A stretch of DNA of 64,000 bases from Octopus vulgaris (GCA_951406725.2 OX597816.1:160394001-160458000), one strand, 5' to 3'; counted from the first letter of the stretch, positions 1-14,241 are shown. Notes: generated by a model from the sequence alone, not told the origin. Made by a program: numbers and translations.

Positions 1-310
1 CCTTCCTAACGCCAACCACTCTGAGAATGTAGTGGGTGATTTTATGTGCCACCAGCACGGGGCCAGTCAGGTGGTACTGGCAATGACCTCGCTTGAATCT
101 TTTACACATGCCACTGGCACAGGTGCCAGTGAGGCGATGCTGGTAACGATCATGCTCGAATGGTGTCTTTTACGTGCCACCGGTATGGAGGCCAGATCAC
201 ACTCTGGCAACGATCACGCTCGGATGGTGCTTTTAACACCCTACTAGCACGGGGCTCGAGTGCCAGTAAGGCGACGCTGGTAACGATCACACTCGAATGG
301 TGCCTTTTAT
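1..310 (-). mobile_element. RTE LINE 3' UTR fragment with tandem units
   Basis: Reverse complement of the GGTTGGCGTTAGGAAGG tail plus hairpin units seen in 15684-16078. Confidence 0.75.
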
Positions 311-430
311 GTGATATATATATATATTTCGTTTTTGGTAGGATTGGAACCTTAGAGCACACAGTCAGAATCAATACTGTGAGGTTTTCTATCCAGTTCT
401 CTGATGACTCTTTCAACTTGCTGTCATTAA

Positions 431-630
431 ACCTTTTAGCTTTTAAACCAGCCATTTCCAGCCAATATATTTTTCTTGTTTTATGTTCAAACTGGCCAGA
501 TCCAGCCTCTCACATCAATCCTTCAATGTCATTCAACAAATAAACAATCACATCACTGAAATCCCAAAGCTACAAAACAATGTGAAGAAATAAGCATTAT
601 GTTTGACAGAATAATCTGAATGTTAAAGGG
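431..630. mobile_element. piggyBac-type MITE family 2
   Basis: TTAA flanks and AAAGGG end. Copies at 35656-35833 and 62052-62272, partial at 21480-21544. Confidence 0.75.
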
Positions 631-1437
631 TTAAAGCTTGTCCTAAACCCCACTATTTTTCTGGTCCTAGCCAGTTGGTTGTGGCTGTTTTGTGGTATTC
701 CCATCAAAATTCAAGCTCCAGGGAGAATCAAGCTCAATAACTTTCTGTGTCTTTTTCTATGTGAGATTATGAGACTGACTAATAACCTACTTCACTACTT
801 GTGGTAGTAATAAATTTTGTTTTTCTTTGAATCCATGTACACATGGAATGGTTGATTGGACAAGGTTTTAAATTAACAACTCAATAATACTCTCAGTTAA
901 ATCCCCAGTAGATATTTCATTATGAAATTTTCATCTGAACACAGAAAATCTGCCTCAACAAAATTAAGTCTAACTCATGCAAGCATAGAAAAGTGAATGT
1001 TAGGCAAAAACGATGATGAGGGTGGTAGTGGTAGCGGCAGTGGTGGTGGTGGTGGTGTTGTTGTTGTTGTTGTTGATGGTGATGGTGGTGGTGCAGTTAT
1101 CTCTCTATGCACCAACTTGCCTCAGTATTGGGAATTAATATCGGATTTTCTTGGAATATTGCCTGAACAAAACTGGCACTATACCCAGAGGGAGTCTCAT
1201 TTCTCTCCCGCTCTCTACTGTGAATCCAAAGCTAAGAACCACTCCCCTAAATATCTCATGAGATACAGGAAATGTTTATATTCTAGTTCTAGTCCTTGAC
1301 ATTCTGAGTTCAAATCTTGATATCTCATTCTTCCAAAGTTGATAAAAAAAAAAGATATCAGTGAAATATTTAGGTTTCATTGCCTAGACCCTTCCTGCAA
1401 ATTTATGGCCCAGTAACACTGTTAGAAATCTGTATAA

Positions 1438-1850
1438 GGCACAGCATGACTTTGTGGTAAGAAGTTTGCTTTCAATCACATGGTTCCAGGTTCAGTCCCA
1501 CAGCATAGTACCTTGTGCAAATGTCATTTTCTATAGCCCCTGGCCAACCAAAGCCTTGTGGTTGGATTTGGTAGACTGAAGCAGAAAGTAGCCCATTGTA
1601 TATTTATATATATGTTTATATATGTATATAAATGTGTGTATGTCTTTGTCCCCTACCACTTCTTGACAAGTAGTGTTGGTGTGTTTGCATCCCTGTAACC
1701 TAGCAGTTAAGCAAAAGAAACCGATATAATTAGTACCAGGCTTTAAAAAATAAGTACAAGGGTTGATTTGTTCAACTACTATTCCAGATGGTGAGTGCCC
1801 CAGCATGACCACAATTTAATGACGAAAAAAGTAAAAAGAATAAAAGAAAA
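1438..1850 (+). mobile_element. tRNA-derived SINE family A (central microsatellite, CR1-like tail)
   Basis: A box TGTGGTAAG, B box GGTTCAGTCCC, (TA)n middle, CCAGCATG..GACNGAAA tail. Confidence 0.75.
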
Positions 1851-2099
1851 AAGAATATGCTTAAGTAACTGACAAAATGGAATCCAGGGAATTGCTTGAG
1901 TAAGAACCCTTCAAGCATCAGACAAAATGCCTAGTGGTATTACTTTTGCCTCTTTATGTCCTGAGTTCAAATTCTGCCAAGGTCAACTTTACTTTTCACC
2001 GTTTCAGAGTCAATGAAATTTTTGTCAAGGACTGGGGTTGTATTATTCAGCCATACTTTGCATTGATTGATCAAATCATATCGGCAAAATATTCATTAA

Positions 2100-2815
2100 C
2101 CCTTTCGTTACCAGATTTCTATTGAGATATTCTGTGTTTCTTTCAATTTATTTTAAATATAGCAAAGAATTTAGTAAAATAACTTAGTTATCATTAAGCT
2201 TGTGTTAAGAACATAAATCGTGACTGAGGTTTGGTGAAGATTTTAATTCAAAACTTGTGTAAACAAGACAGTTGCACTACAGATCCAGAAGTGGTTTTAG
2301 CTGGGTTGGTATCAAAAGGGTTAAATTAATAATTTGTTAACCCTTTTGTTACTATATTTCTGTTGAGATGCTCTCTGTTGCTTTCAATCTATTTTAAATG
2401 TAACAAAGAATTTAGTAAAATATCTTAGTTATCATTAAGCTAGTGTTAGGAACATAAATTGTGACTAAGGTTTGGTAGAAGATTTTTTATTCAGAACTTT
2501 TGGAAAGAAGACATTTGTACTACAGAGCCAGAAGCAGTTTCAGCTGGGCTGGTATCAAAAGGGTTAAGAATTCTTTCTCTGTTATATATTTTAACCCTTT
2601 TGTAACCATATTTCTGCTGAGATGTTCTGTGTTTCTTTCAATTAATTCTAAATATAACAAAGAATTTTGTAAAATAACTCAGTTATCATTAAGCTAGTAT
2701 TAGGAACATAAATTGTGACTAAGGTTTGGTGGAAAATTTAATTCAAAACTTGTGAAAACAAGACATTTGTACTACAGAGTCGGATGCGGTTTCAGCCGGG
2801 TTGGCATCGAAAGGG
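2100..2815 (+). mobile_element. Three adjacent ~220-bp piggyBac-type MITEs (family 1)
   Basis: 2100-2320, 2341-2563 and 2595-2815, each TTAA-CCCTTT...AAAGGG-TTAA. Confidence 0.88.
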
Positions 2816-3700
2816 TTAAGCCATATTGGTTTCATATTTTGGCACAAGGCCAGCAATTTCAGGCATGTGTATAGGTTGATTACATCAACCCCAGTGGTCA
2901 ACTGGTAGTTATTTCATCAACCCCAAAAGGTGGAATTTGAACACAGAACATGAAATTGGAAGAAAGGCTGACGTTGCGAGAGTGATATTGATAAAATGTT
3001 TCTATGTGGAGGAACATTTATGCATTTGTGGTGGTGCATTAAAATATCTTACATCAGTGGAGATGTGATACATTTAGACAGGTGTAATTATAGGTGCATT
3101 ACTTAATTTATAGCTTATAGGTGCAGGTGTGACTGTATTGTTAAGAAGTTTGCTTCTCAACCATGTTGCCTTGGGTTCAAGTCCCACTGTGTGACACCTT
3201 GGGCAAGTATCTTCTACTATATCCTTTGGGTGACCAAAGCCTTGCAAAAGGATTTAGTTGATGGAAACTGAAAGAAGCATGCTGGATATGTCAGCAGTGC
3301 ATCATCATCACCACCATCATTTAACATCTGTTTTCCATGCTGGCATAGATTAGAAGGTTTAGCTGGAGCTGACAAGCCGAGGAGCTGCACCAAGTTCCTT
3401 TGGCAATGTTTCTATAGCCTAATGCCCTTCCTAATGCCAACCACTTTACAGAATGTACTGGGTGCTTTTTACATGGTACCTGCACCGACAGGATCAGCTG
3501 ATATCTCGCAAGACAAGAACCCCTCAGCTGAGAGTTGTGTGTGTGTGTGTGTGGGGGGGGTAATATTGAAGGGATGTGGCTCTGTGTCATTTGAGATGTA
3601 TATATATATATATATTATATAATTTAAAAATAGGATAAAATCATCATGAGAATTTATCAAGTAGTTATAAATATCTTGATACATATATCTTGAATTATGC

Positions 3701-3764
3701 TTGCACTGAAGAGTAAAAAGTGCATAATACTGCACCAATTACGAAATCACAGTGTGATATGCGG
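3701..3764 (+). ncRNA. Type I hammerhead ribozyme motif (intact core)
   Basis: ttgca-CTGAAGA-gtaa..gtgca/tgcac..ttac-GAAA-tcaca.g.tgtga-TA-tgcgg. All three stems pair; cleavage triplet AUA. Confidence 0.75.
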
Positions 3765-3894
3765 CTAAATTCTGTTTTTAAATGACCTGCTTCGAGAATT
3801 GTTTCGGTACAATGTGTTTATTTATTTTAGTAGTTTTGACTTTAAAAGTCCCTCCTAGCATGAGGCATCTATGTGTAATAGTGCCCTCTATATA

Positions 3895-3925
<31 letters not shown>

Positions 3926-4605
3926 GATAGATAGATAGATATATAAATGTGTGTGTGTGTACCTTTGTCTTAACATCATGTGAGGATTGTTAATAAGCAT
4001 CATAGTCTGACAAGCAATGTTGCCTCAACAAATTCCAGCGGACTCATGCAAGTGTTGGAAAACGATGAAGATGATGATGGTGGTAATGAAGAAGAACCCG
4101 TTTCTCTAATATTTCATTTATTTCAAATATATCTTCACACTGCAAACACCTGAATGCATTTATCTACATTTGAAGTATATATTTACATAATTCACACACA
4201 CACACACAAGTATATATAATTGCACATGTGTACACAAAGTGTGAGTCATACACTAATGTGTGTACTCTTGACATGTGTGTATGTAATCTATTTATTCACC
4301 CATCTGTAGCTACCCAGGTACATAATTAGTCTACATGAACATAAAGACCCGGTTCCTCCTCCTCCTCTTCTTCTCTAATACTTTTGCTTTATAATTGTTT
4401 ATGTAACTCATTATTTCTCTCTCACTTTCACACACACACACCACAAGGAAGTAAAGTTGTATCTGTGTATAAATGTACATATATAGTATATTTCTATGTG
4501 AATATATGTAATTGTGTATGTTTGTATATATTTGTGTGTGTGTATGTGTATATATATGTATATATGCATGTATATATATATATATGTATGCATGTATATA
4601 TATAT

Positions 4606-5560
4606 ACTAAAGGCCTCTCGCTCAGAGTAAAAGGCAGACTGTATGACGTATGTGTACGAACAGCCATGCTACATGGCAGTGAAACATGGGCCATGACTGC
4701 TGAGGACATGCGTAAGCTCGTGAGGAATGAAGCCAGTATGCTCCGATGGATGTGTAATGTCAGTGTACATACTCGACAGAGCGTTAGTACCTTGAGAGAA
4801 ATGTTGTACCTAAGAAGCATCAGTTGTGGTGTACAAGAGAGACGATTGCGCTGGTATGGTCATGTGGCGAGAATGGATGAAGATAGGTGTGTGAGAAAGT
4901 GCCAATCCCTAGCAGTTGAGGGAACCCATGGAAGAGGTAGACCCAGGAAAACCTGGGACGAGGTGGTGAAGCACGACCTTCGAACTTTAGGCCTCACTGA
5001 GGAAATGACCTGCGACCGAGACCTTTGGAAATATGCTGTACGTGAGAAGACCAGGCAGGACAAGTGAGCCCAGCCCACTTATGAATGCCTTTCCTCCCTT
5101 GGACACAAAGACCTGTTGAGGCAAGCGAAGTCGATATAGAACCTCATCCGACGACAGGCACCCATGCCAACCCCCTTTGCTTGCGAAGACATGTTGGGGC
5201 AAGCGAAATCGAAATCGAATTGAACCAGCCAGGATCCCTGGTCTGGTGGTACATAAAAAGCACTATCTGATTCGTGGCCGATGCCAGCGCCGCCTCGACT
5301 GGCTTCTGTGCCAGTGGCACGTAAAATACACCAATCCGACCATGGCCGTTGCCAGCCTCGCCTGGCACCTGTGTAGGTGGCATGTAAAAAGCACCCACTA
5401 CACTCATGGAGTGGTTGGCGTTAGGAAGGGCATCCAGCTGTAGAAACATTGCCAGATAAGACTGGATCCTGGTGCAGCCTTCTGGCTTCCCAGATCCCCG
5501 GTCGAACCGTCCAACCCATGCTAGCATGGAGAACGGACGTTAAATGATGATGATGATGAT
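4606..5560 (+). mobile_element. 5'-truncated RTE-clade LINE (ORF C-terminus, 3' UTR, (GAT)n tail)
   Basis: Open frame KGRLYDVCVRTAMLHGSETW...RRLRWYGHVARM...RGRPRKTWDEVV..DL, typical of the RTE C-terminus. Stop at 5067; tail GGACGTTAAA(TGA)n. Confidence 0.92.
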
Positions 5561-5699
5561 AATAATGGGAAGGTTTATGAAAATAAACAAAAGACGAAGG
5601 CAGGTGGAGTACAAACAAACAAATGTATTAGTATGGCGCTCAGGAATAGAAATAGAAATATATGTATGCATGTATATATATGTATATATATGTATGTAT

Positions 5700-5885
5700 G
5701 CTTAGCAGTACTTCGGCTGCCATTACATTCTGAGTTCAAATTCCGCCGAGGTCGACTTTACCTTTCATCCTTTTGGGGTCGAATAACTACCAGTTATGCA
5801 CTGGGTTGATGTAATCGACTTAATTCCTTTGTCTGTCCTTGTTTGTCCCCCCTATGTTTAGCCCTCTGTGGGCAATAAAGAAATA
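5700..5885 (+). mobile_element. tRNA-derived SINE family B (5'-truncated)
   Basis: GAGTTCAAATTCCGCCGAGGTCGACTTT.CCTTTCATCC core. Other copies near 1900, 2830, 14790, 25175, 29855, 37275 and 49350. Confidence 0.75.
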
Positions 5886-5938
<53 letters not shown>

Positions 5939-6455
5939 GTGATGATGTGAGTTTGATTCCTAGACTGGGCTGTGTGTTGTGTCCTTAAACAAGGCACTTT
6001 ATTTCATGTTTACTCCAGTTCGCTCAGCTGTAGAAATGAGTTGCAATATCACTGCTACAAAGCTATATTAGCCTTTGCCTTTTTCTCGGTCAACATCGGT
6101 GGCATAGAGAGGGGTGTTAGGTATGCATGGGTGACTTCTGATCTTCTACAAACAGCCTTGCTTTGTGCATAAGAGGGTAGCTTTGTAGTTATAATCCCAT
6201 GGTCATTTCTGTCCAAAAGGGGACTTTACCTTTTTTATAGGTTTGGTGATGCAAACAGGAAAAGTAAAACTCAAAACATGAGATTGTATAAATATTTTTT
6301 ATTAATATTTAGCAGAAGCAACTGAGTGACTCAAGGGCCAAGTGCTTCATGCATTAGCTCTTAGCTAGTACACACACACACATATATATATAACAGAAGA
6401 AAATGGAGATTGGGAAGTTAATAATTGTTTATTATTAATAGCAAATTAATCATCA

Positions 6456-6541
6456 TCCCTTACAGCTGTTTCAATTAATACTCAGTAAATATTTAGTAAA
6501 TATCAAATTGACATGACCTGAGCCTAATATCTTCAGAGGGA
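6456..6541 (-). ncRNA. Type I hammerhead ribozyme motif with long stem II
   Basis: Minus strand: tccct-CTGAAGA-tattaggctcag...ctgagtattaatt-GAAAC-agct-GTA-aggga. Palindromic stem III, triplet GUA. Confidence 0.75.
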
Positions 6542-7264
6542 AAAAAATATACCTTTGGATATTTTATGTGTTTATGGATTCATTATAGCAGACTGAAAAA
6601 TATGGTTTATGATTTATGATTTGTATTAGAGTAGGGAAATAGAATTAGAACAAGAAATGAATAAATTAAATGGAGATGATAGAGGAAATTTAAATATGAA
6701 TGAGGTAAGTTTATAGTTAATAAAAATGGCATATTCGTTTATAAGGTTATGAAAATAAAGTTATGAAAATTTGTATATATGCATATATATATATAGTCAA
6801 AACTATTGAAAAGGTGGCAAGACGCAACAAAAATTTTAGGAAAATAAAAATAAGAAAAATGTGGAAATTTTACCAGTGAGTGTGTTATATTATAAGGCAC
6901 AAAAAGAAAATGACTCTCCCCAGACATAACAGAATATAAATAAAGTTATGAAAATTTGTATTTATGCAAGTACGCATGTATACATTTACGCACATACATA
7001 TATGTATCCATATGTCCATCTATATACACAGACACATGTATATTCTCACACATATATACATCCACATGTACACATATATCTGTGCATATACATATATAAG
7101 TACATATACATGTACGAACACATTAATACATATGCACACTCACACATACATGTATGTGTGTGTATATATATATATGTATATAAAGTTAATCCAAACATGA
7201 AAACACAACAACGCGAGGACGTGGAACAAGTATAATGTTATTGGATGCTCAGGAAAGAAGGTGG

Positions 7265-7299
7265 GTTTAATGTTTCAAGCGGAGCTCTTCGTCAGAAAC
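7265..7299 (-). ncRNA. Minimal type I hammerhead motif (one mutation)
   Basis: Minus strand: gttt-CTGACGA-a-gagc.tcc.gctt-GAAAC-aTT-aaac. G16.2 appears mutated to A. Confidence 0.55.
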
Positions 7300-7959
7300 A
7301 TAGGAAAAGGAAAGATCCAAAGAAGGGAAGACGGAGGAAAAAATCGCCAACGGTACACACGCGGTCATATATATATATATGAATATATATATATATATAT
7401 ATGCGTCTACACTTTTTACCCATCACTCCTATATACACACACATACACACGCACATATAAAAAGACACATGCATAACTCACAAAAATATCTGTATTCTTA
7501 TGTATGTATGTATGTATATGCATTTGTGTGTGCAATTGTATGTGTGCAGGTATATGCATATGTGTACATAATTACGCTTAAATACATGCACATATACATA
7601 CATATATAAACCCATGTATATATTAGTTGTGTGAGCATATGTTTGCATGCACATTGTAGAGAGGGGAAAAGAGCCAGAGTTTATGGAAATAAACAACTCC
7701 AGCTACGGCCTCCATACACCTGCAGACATTACTAAGCTACCTCGTCTATTCACTTAGACAATATTATTCTTATACTTGCACCTATGTTTTACCATGTAAC
7801 ACCTTTATTTAGCATTAGCAACCATTAGCTACCTCTTCTGCATGCTTCCTTGCTCTTACACGGGTGTACTCAGGCGTGAAAGCCTTCACATGTACATCAC
7901 ACCAAACAGATCATCTGTCCATACATATTAATTACATTCTATCATTGGAAGTGGCCTGG

Positions 7960-8530
7960 CAGTCTGTCAGTCTGTCTGCATGTCTGCCTGTCGGTCTGTC
8001 TGTTGCACCTCCCTCTTTCTGTCTCTATCTTTCTCTCTTTTTGTGTCTCTTTCTTTCCCTCTAACTTTCTATCACTGTCTGCCTTTCTTTCCCTCCCGTC
8101 TCTCTCTCTCTGTTTGTCTCTTTCCCTTTATATGTGTGTCTCTCTCCTTCTGTGTGTGTGTGTGTGTCTCTCTCTCCCTCTGTGTGTGTGTATCTCTCCT
8201 TCTGTGTTTGTATCTCTCTCCTTCTGTGTGTGTATGTCTCTCCTTCTGTGTGTGTGTGTATCTCTCTCCCCCTTTGTGTGTGTATCTCTCTCCCCTCTCT
8301 GTGTGTGTCTTTCTTTCTCCCTGTGTGTCTCTCTCTCGCTCTCTTTCTCACCTCTGTCTTTCTGTACTACAGGACGTTTCTATCCTTGTGTGTGTGTGCG
8401 CGTGCGCCATTGTGTGTGTGTGTGTGTGTGTGTGTGTCTGTCTGTCTGTCTGTCTGTCCCTCTCTTCTCTGCCTGTTTGTCTGTCTGTCTCATTCTCTCT
8501 TCTCTCTCTCTCACTCACTCACTCACTCAT
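7960..8530. repeat. CT/GT low-complexity tract
   Basis: (CT)n/(GT)n mosaic; a similar tract lies at 9010-9385. Confidence 0.9.
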
Positions 8531-9732
8531 ATGTACCACAGGACAGATGTTACTAATAACCTAACCTTCATCCTAAGCAACAACAACAATAATAATAACA
8601 ACAACAACAACAACAACAACAAAGCCTGTCGGGGGTGGGGTTGGGGATGGATTAGAATAAAAGAGAAGACAAGAAAAGAAAACACGGGTGATAATGAGGT
8701 TTAGTGGCAATGAGGAACAGGTTTACTTCCTGTAATGAAATATTACGATCTTGTCGATGTTGTCGTCTGAGAGGCAAAAAAAAAGATCTGAACAAATTTC
8801 CACTGAGTTTTGTTTGTTTTCAATGTTAGTTAAAACACAAAGTAACCATATGTTTACAGCATCATTATCAAAGGTGCTGAAAAATAAACCACACATTTCA
8901 AGCAATTTGATCTTCTTTATATCTTCTGGAACTTTCTTTGGTCACTTTGTTACTTGTATGTTATTTTACTTATTTTTTTCTTAATGTTGTTATTTTTCAT
9001 CTCGGCTCCCTCCCTATCTGCCTCTCTCTCTCTCTCTCTCGGCTCCCTCTCTCTCTTTATGCACACTTAAACACCATCTGTCTGTCTATCTATCTATTTA
9101 TCTATCTATCTATCTACCTCTCTTTCTCACTCTCTCTATGTCTATATGCCTGTGTCTCTCTCTGTCTATCTATCTGCCTGTCTCTCTCTGTCTGTCTATC
9201 TGCCTGTCTCTCTCTGTCTGTCTGTCTATCTGCCTGTCTCTCTCTGTCTATCTATCTGCCTCTCTCTCTCTCTCTCTCTCTATACCTGCCTACATACCTG
9301 TCTGTCTATCTACCTCTCTCTCTCTCTCCCTCTCTCCCTATATCTATCTGTCTATCTGTCTATCTATTTACCTCTGTTTCTCTCAACCAGTACTGAAACT
9401 GACGCTCCATCAGTTATGATGACAAGGGTTCCAGTTGATCAGATGAATGGAAACAGCCTACTTGTGAAAACGTGCTAGTGGCTGAGTACTCCACAGACAC
9501 ACATACCCTTAACCTTTGTTCTCAATGAGATTCAGCTTGACACAAAATATAACAAGGCTGTCTCTTCGAATTACAAGTATGACTCCGTATGTAGACAGCT
9601 GAGCAGACTGGAGCAACATGAAATAAAGTGTCTTGCTCAAGGACACAGTGTACCAATGAGAATTGAACTCATGACCTTGTAATTGTGAGCCAAATAACCC
9701 TAACCACTAAGCCAACAACAACAATATTTTAT

Positions 9733-10103
9733 GGCTTTGTGGTAAGTAGCTTGTTTACCAACCACATGGTTCTGGGTTCAGTCCCACTGCGTGGCACTTT
9801 GAGCAAGTGTCTTCTACTATAGCCTCGGGCTGACCAAAGCCTTGTGAGTGGATATGGTTGACGGAAACTGAAAAAAAGCCCGTCGTATATATATATATAT
9901 ATATATATATATGCGTGTGTGTGTCTGTGTTTGCCCCCCTAGATGCTGGTATGTTTATGTCCCCGTTACTTAGCGGTTTGGCAAAAGAGACTGATGGAAT
10001 AAGTACTGGGAATACAAAAAGAATAAGTCCTGGGGTCGATTTCTTTGACTAAAAGGTGGTGCTCCAGCATGGCCACAGTAACACGATTGAAACAAGTAAA
10101 AGA
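9733..10103 (+). mobile_element. SINE family A
   Basis: Full head-microsatellite-tail structure. Confidence 0.85.
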
Positions 10104-10104
10104 A

Positions 10105-10138
<34 letters not shown>

Positions 10139-10625
10139 CATGCGTGCGCATGCGTGTCTTTGTGTCTATGCTTGCCACCCCACATGCTCCAGCATGGCCA
10201 CTGTCAAATGACTGTAACAAGTAAAAGAGTAAAGAGTAATATTTTATAAACTCATTGGATTTGAGTATTTGTTTCTTCATTTCAAGAGAGCATTGAAGAG
10301 TGAGTTGGTTAGGGAGGTTATCAATGAACTAACTAACCAAGTGTCTGGTGGTTCATATCTCACTTTTGTCACTACATTATAGACAAATTCTTAAGCCATG
10401 GGTGAATGTGATAGGTGCTTGCTACATCAGTAAATTTTCACAAAGAATACAGAATAATACATCTTGTTACTATTATGCAAACGTGTTGGAAGTCCAAAAC
10501 ATTGCTTTTTCAGAAAACGGGAAAATAGTTTCACCATTCCATTACTTTTTACATCAGCAACAGTTTCAGATTAACAATAAGATGCTCACACACAGACACA
10601 CACACATGTACAAAGACTCAAACAC

Positions 10626-10660
<35 letters not shown>

Positions 10661-11506
10661 AAGACATGCAGACACAAAAAGACACACAGACCTACACAAT
10701 GGGCTTCTTTCAGTTTCCTTCTACCAAATCCACTCACAAGGCTATAGTAGTAGACACTTGCTCGAGGTGCCCTGCAGTGAGCCTGAACCTGGAACCATGT
10801 GGTTGGGAAGCAAACTTCTTATCACATGGCCATTCCTGTTGCCTACAATAAACTAGCATCTTATCCAGGTGGAGATTTATCACTTCTCTGTTTCATACTA
10901 TGAAACCAGAGCTAAGCACTGATTCTCATGATGCCAGCCAGAGACATGTGTGTCCTTTACATTTCACGGGTCTACTCTTCAGATAGCTTGAAACATATAA
11001 AGTCTCTTTGCTAAGTTCAGCCATAGAAGTCAAGTATTTAATTTATTGAAAGATTTGTATGAGACCTTCCTTAACACTAGAGAAATTAAAGATAAGCATT
11101 GCTATTTGTTGTTATTTTTCTTGTGGGGTGGGCAGTGTTGGCTTGTGAAACAAACTATTTCATTAGTTGGTTTTTGATAGGAACCAGTGAACTAGACACC
11201 ATTTTAACTGACTTTTCTCAACTTTGATAAAGGAATATGCATACATACACACATATGTGTATGTATGTATGTGTGTGTGTATGTGTGTGTGTGTGTAGGG
11301 TGGTGACACCACTGTATTCAAATAAAGCAAAAATGCATTACAAGGTTGTAGAGTATAAAGTTGTGAAAAAAGCATCTGTGTGCGTGTGTGTGTGTGTGCA
11401 CGTGTGTATAGGTATTTGTATATATTTATACATATACACACACACACACACATGCATGTATATACACAAACGTGTGTGTATGTATGTATATATATATATA
11501 TATATA

Positions 11507-11872
11507 GGCGCAGGAGTGGCTGTGTGGTAAGTAGCTTGCTTAACAACCACATGGTTCTGGATTCAGTTCCACTGCATGGCACTTTGGGCTGACCAAAACC
11601 TTGTGAGTGGATTTGTTAAACAGAAACTGAAAGAAGCCCATCGTATATATATATATATATATATATGTATATGTGTGTTTGTGTGTATGTCTCCCCACCA
11701 TCACTTGACAACAGATGCTGGTGTGTTTACCTCCCCCTAATTTAGCAGTTTGGCAAAAGAGACCGACGGAATAAGTACTAGGCTTACAATGAATAAGTCC
11801 TGGGGTCGATTTCTTCTACAAAAAGTTGTGCTCCAGCATGGCCGCAATCACATGACTGAAACAAATAAAAGA
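11507..11872 (+). mobile_element. SINE family A
   Basis: Starts GGCGCAGGAGTGGCTGTGTGGTAAG and ends GACTGAAACAAATAAAAGA. Confidence 0.85.
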
Positions 11873-12344
11873 ATACACACACGCACACACACACATGCAT
11901 ATACATACATATATACACACCCGTATATTGTTCCTCTTCTAAAATATCTAATGTTTAACATTTGTTTTATTCATTCATTTATTTATTCCTTATTTTAAAC
12001 TCAGCTTCAAAAAAAAAAATAAACCCTGCCTTTCCCACCATCCTTGCCTCTGTTGTGTTTTGCACTGAACTATAACGGAACAAGGAGATTTACTCGCTAC
12101 CAAATTTATAACACAGATAGACGGCCTGTTATCTTAATTCAGTTTTCATTGTGTGCAGAGGAACATTGCTAAATCATTCCAAAAACTGTGCATCTTATCG
12201 GTACCATGCTACGACTACGTACAAGAGTGAGAGCTGTAATATAGTGTTAGAATTTCTGTCAAACTAAACTTTAAACATTGTGAAATGTCTCCCGAGACGG
12301 AGATAAGCTGGAACAACACATGTTTGCTCTTCAATTCTCTTTGT

Positions 12345-12384
<40 letters not shown>

Positions 12385-12609
12385 CATTATTATTATTATT
12401 ATTATCATCATCATTCTTCTTCTTATTATTATTATTTTGTGTTTTGTTTTATTTCTTTATTGGTTACTGGTTTTAATTTATGTTTTTGTTTCATAGTGGC
12501 TTACAAAATCTTTCTTTGCTTGAGTTGTCATATATATATAATGATGATGATATCATCATCATCATCATCATCAGTAGCAGCAGCATCACCATCATTATCC
12601 TCAATAGCA

Positions 12610-13118
12610 TCATTTGTCGTATGAGGACAGTTGCATTGGGTGGTGCCGATCTCTAATTGTAGAGGAAACAATGTGAAAGGGGTAGACCCAGGAAGATATG
12701 GGATGAAGTGGTGAGAAAGGATCTACGAATATTGGGACTGACAGAGGGGATGACAGAGCACCAAGACCCCTGGTGGTTAGCTGTGCTTGAAAAGACATGT
12801 GAAGCTAAGTAAAAGCGGGGTTGCCCTTGCATACATGCTCATCCCTTGCAATTCTCTTCAGGTGGGGATCCCTAATCTTGCAGGGTCGTAAGTGCTGGTG
12901 CACTTACATGAAAAGCACCTGTACCAGTGCTGTGTAAAAACACCCGGTATACTCTGTAAAGGGGTTGGCTTTGGAAGGGCATGCAGCCATAGAAACCATG
13001 CCAAAACAGACATGAAGCCTGATCAGCCCTTCAGCTTGTCAGCTCCTGTCAAACCATCCAACCCATGCCAGTATGGAAAACGGATATTAGATGATGATGG
13101 TGGTGGTGATGATGATGA
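12610..13118 (+). mobile_element. Degenerate RTE LINE 3' end
   Basis: RGRPRKIWDEVVRKDLRILGLTEGM...AVLEKT followed by a (GAT)n tail. Confidence 0.8.
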
Positions 13119-13634
13119 TTTTCCATGCTGGTTGTTTATAACTGGTTGCTCTCCATGTTGCCAATAGTCCACTGTTTCCATGCAAAGTAATATTTCCCTG
13201 TCTTTTCTTTTATTGTTTATCTTCACATGTTTCAGTCATTTAGACTGTGGCCATGCTGGGGCACTTCCTTGAAGAACTTAATTGTTTCTAAGCCTGGTAC
13301 TTATTCTATCAGTGTCTTTTGCCGAACCACTAAGTCATGGGGACATAAACACACCAACACCAGTTTTCAAGCTGTAGATAGTGGGGTGGCAAGCATAGAC
13401 ACGAAGACGCGCATGCGCACACACACACTCACAGATATTCTTTTACTTGTTTCAATCGTGTTACTGTAGTCATGCTGGAGCACCACCTTTTAGTCGAAGA
13501 AATCGACCCCAGGACTTATACTTTGAAAGCCTAGAACTTACTCTATTGGTCACTTTTGCTGAACTGCTAGATTATGGGGTCTTAAACACACCAGCACCAG
13601 TTGTCTAGTTGTAGAGGGTGGGGTGACAAGTGTA

Positions 13635-13675
<41 letters not shown>

Positions 13676-14192
13676 CTCCTGTCAGGATAACTTGGTCTGC
13701 CATCCGTCCGGGACTAAGTCCTTGCTGTCTTTAGTTCCATATGTATATCTTTTGTCATTTACTTGTTTTAAACTATGGCCATGCTGGGGCATTGTGTTGA
13801 AAGAGTTTAGTTGAATGGATCAACCCCACTACCGACCTTTTGTGAAGCCTGGTATTTATTCTATCAGTCTCTTTTGCGAAACCACTGAGTTACGGGGACA
13901 TAAACAAACCAACACTAGGTTTTCAAGTGGTAAGAAGGACACACGCAGAGACACAATGACACACACACAGACACACTGACACACATATACATGCATAAAC
14001 ATACACATATGCATGTAAGATACATTTAAATACTGAAACAAGCAAATGTGTTTAAATTAGTGGAAATAATATTCCCACCTGTCATAACTGGAGTTAAGTT
14101 ACCAAACAGGAAGCAATTTATGTCACATATGACACCCACTCACATATACATTCGTAGATACATTCATACTTATGTGCATGTATGCATGTGTG

Positions 14193-14241
<49 letters not shown>

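Noticed and set aside
4384-5067. 227-aa ORF as a host gene
   Set aside because: The N-terminus is microsatellite and the rest is a truncated RTE ORF lacking RT and endonuclease.
7980-9478. Long Leu/Ser/Cys/Val ORFs (also the His/Thr and Tyr/Ile ORFs throughout)
   Set aside because: Stop-free microsatellite translations.
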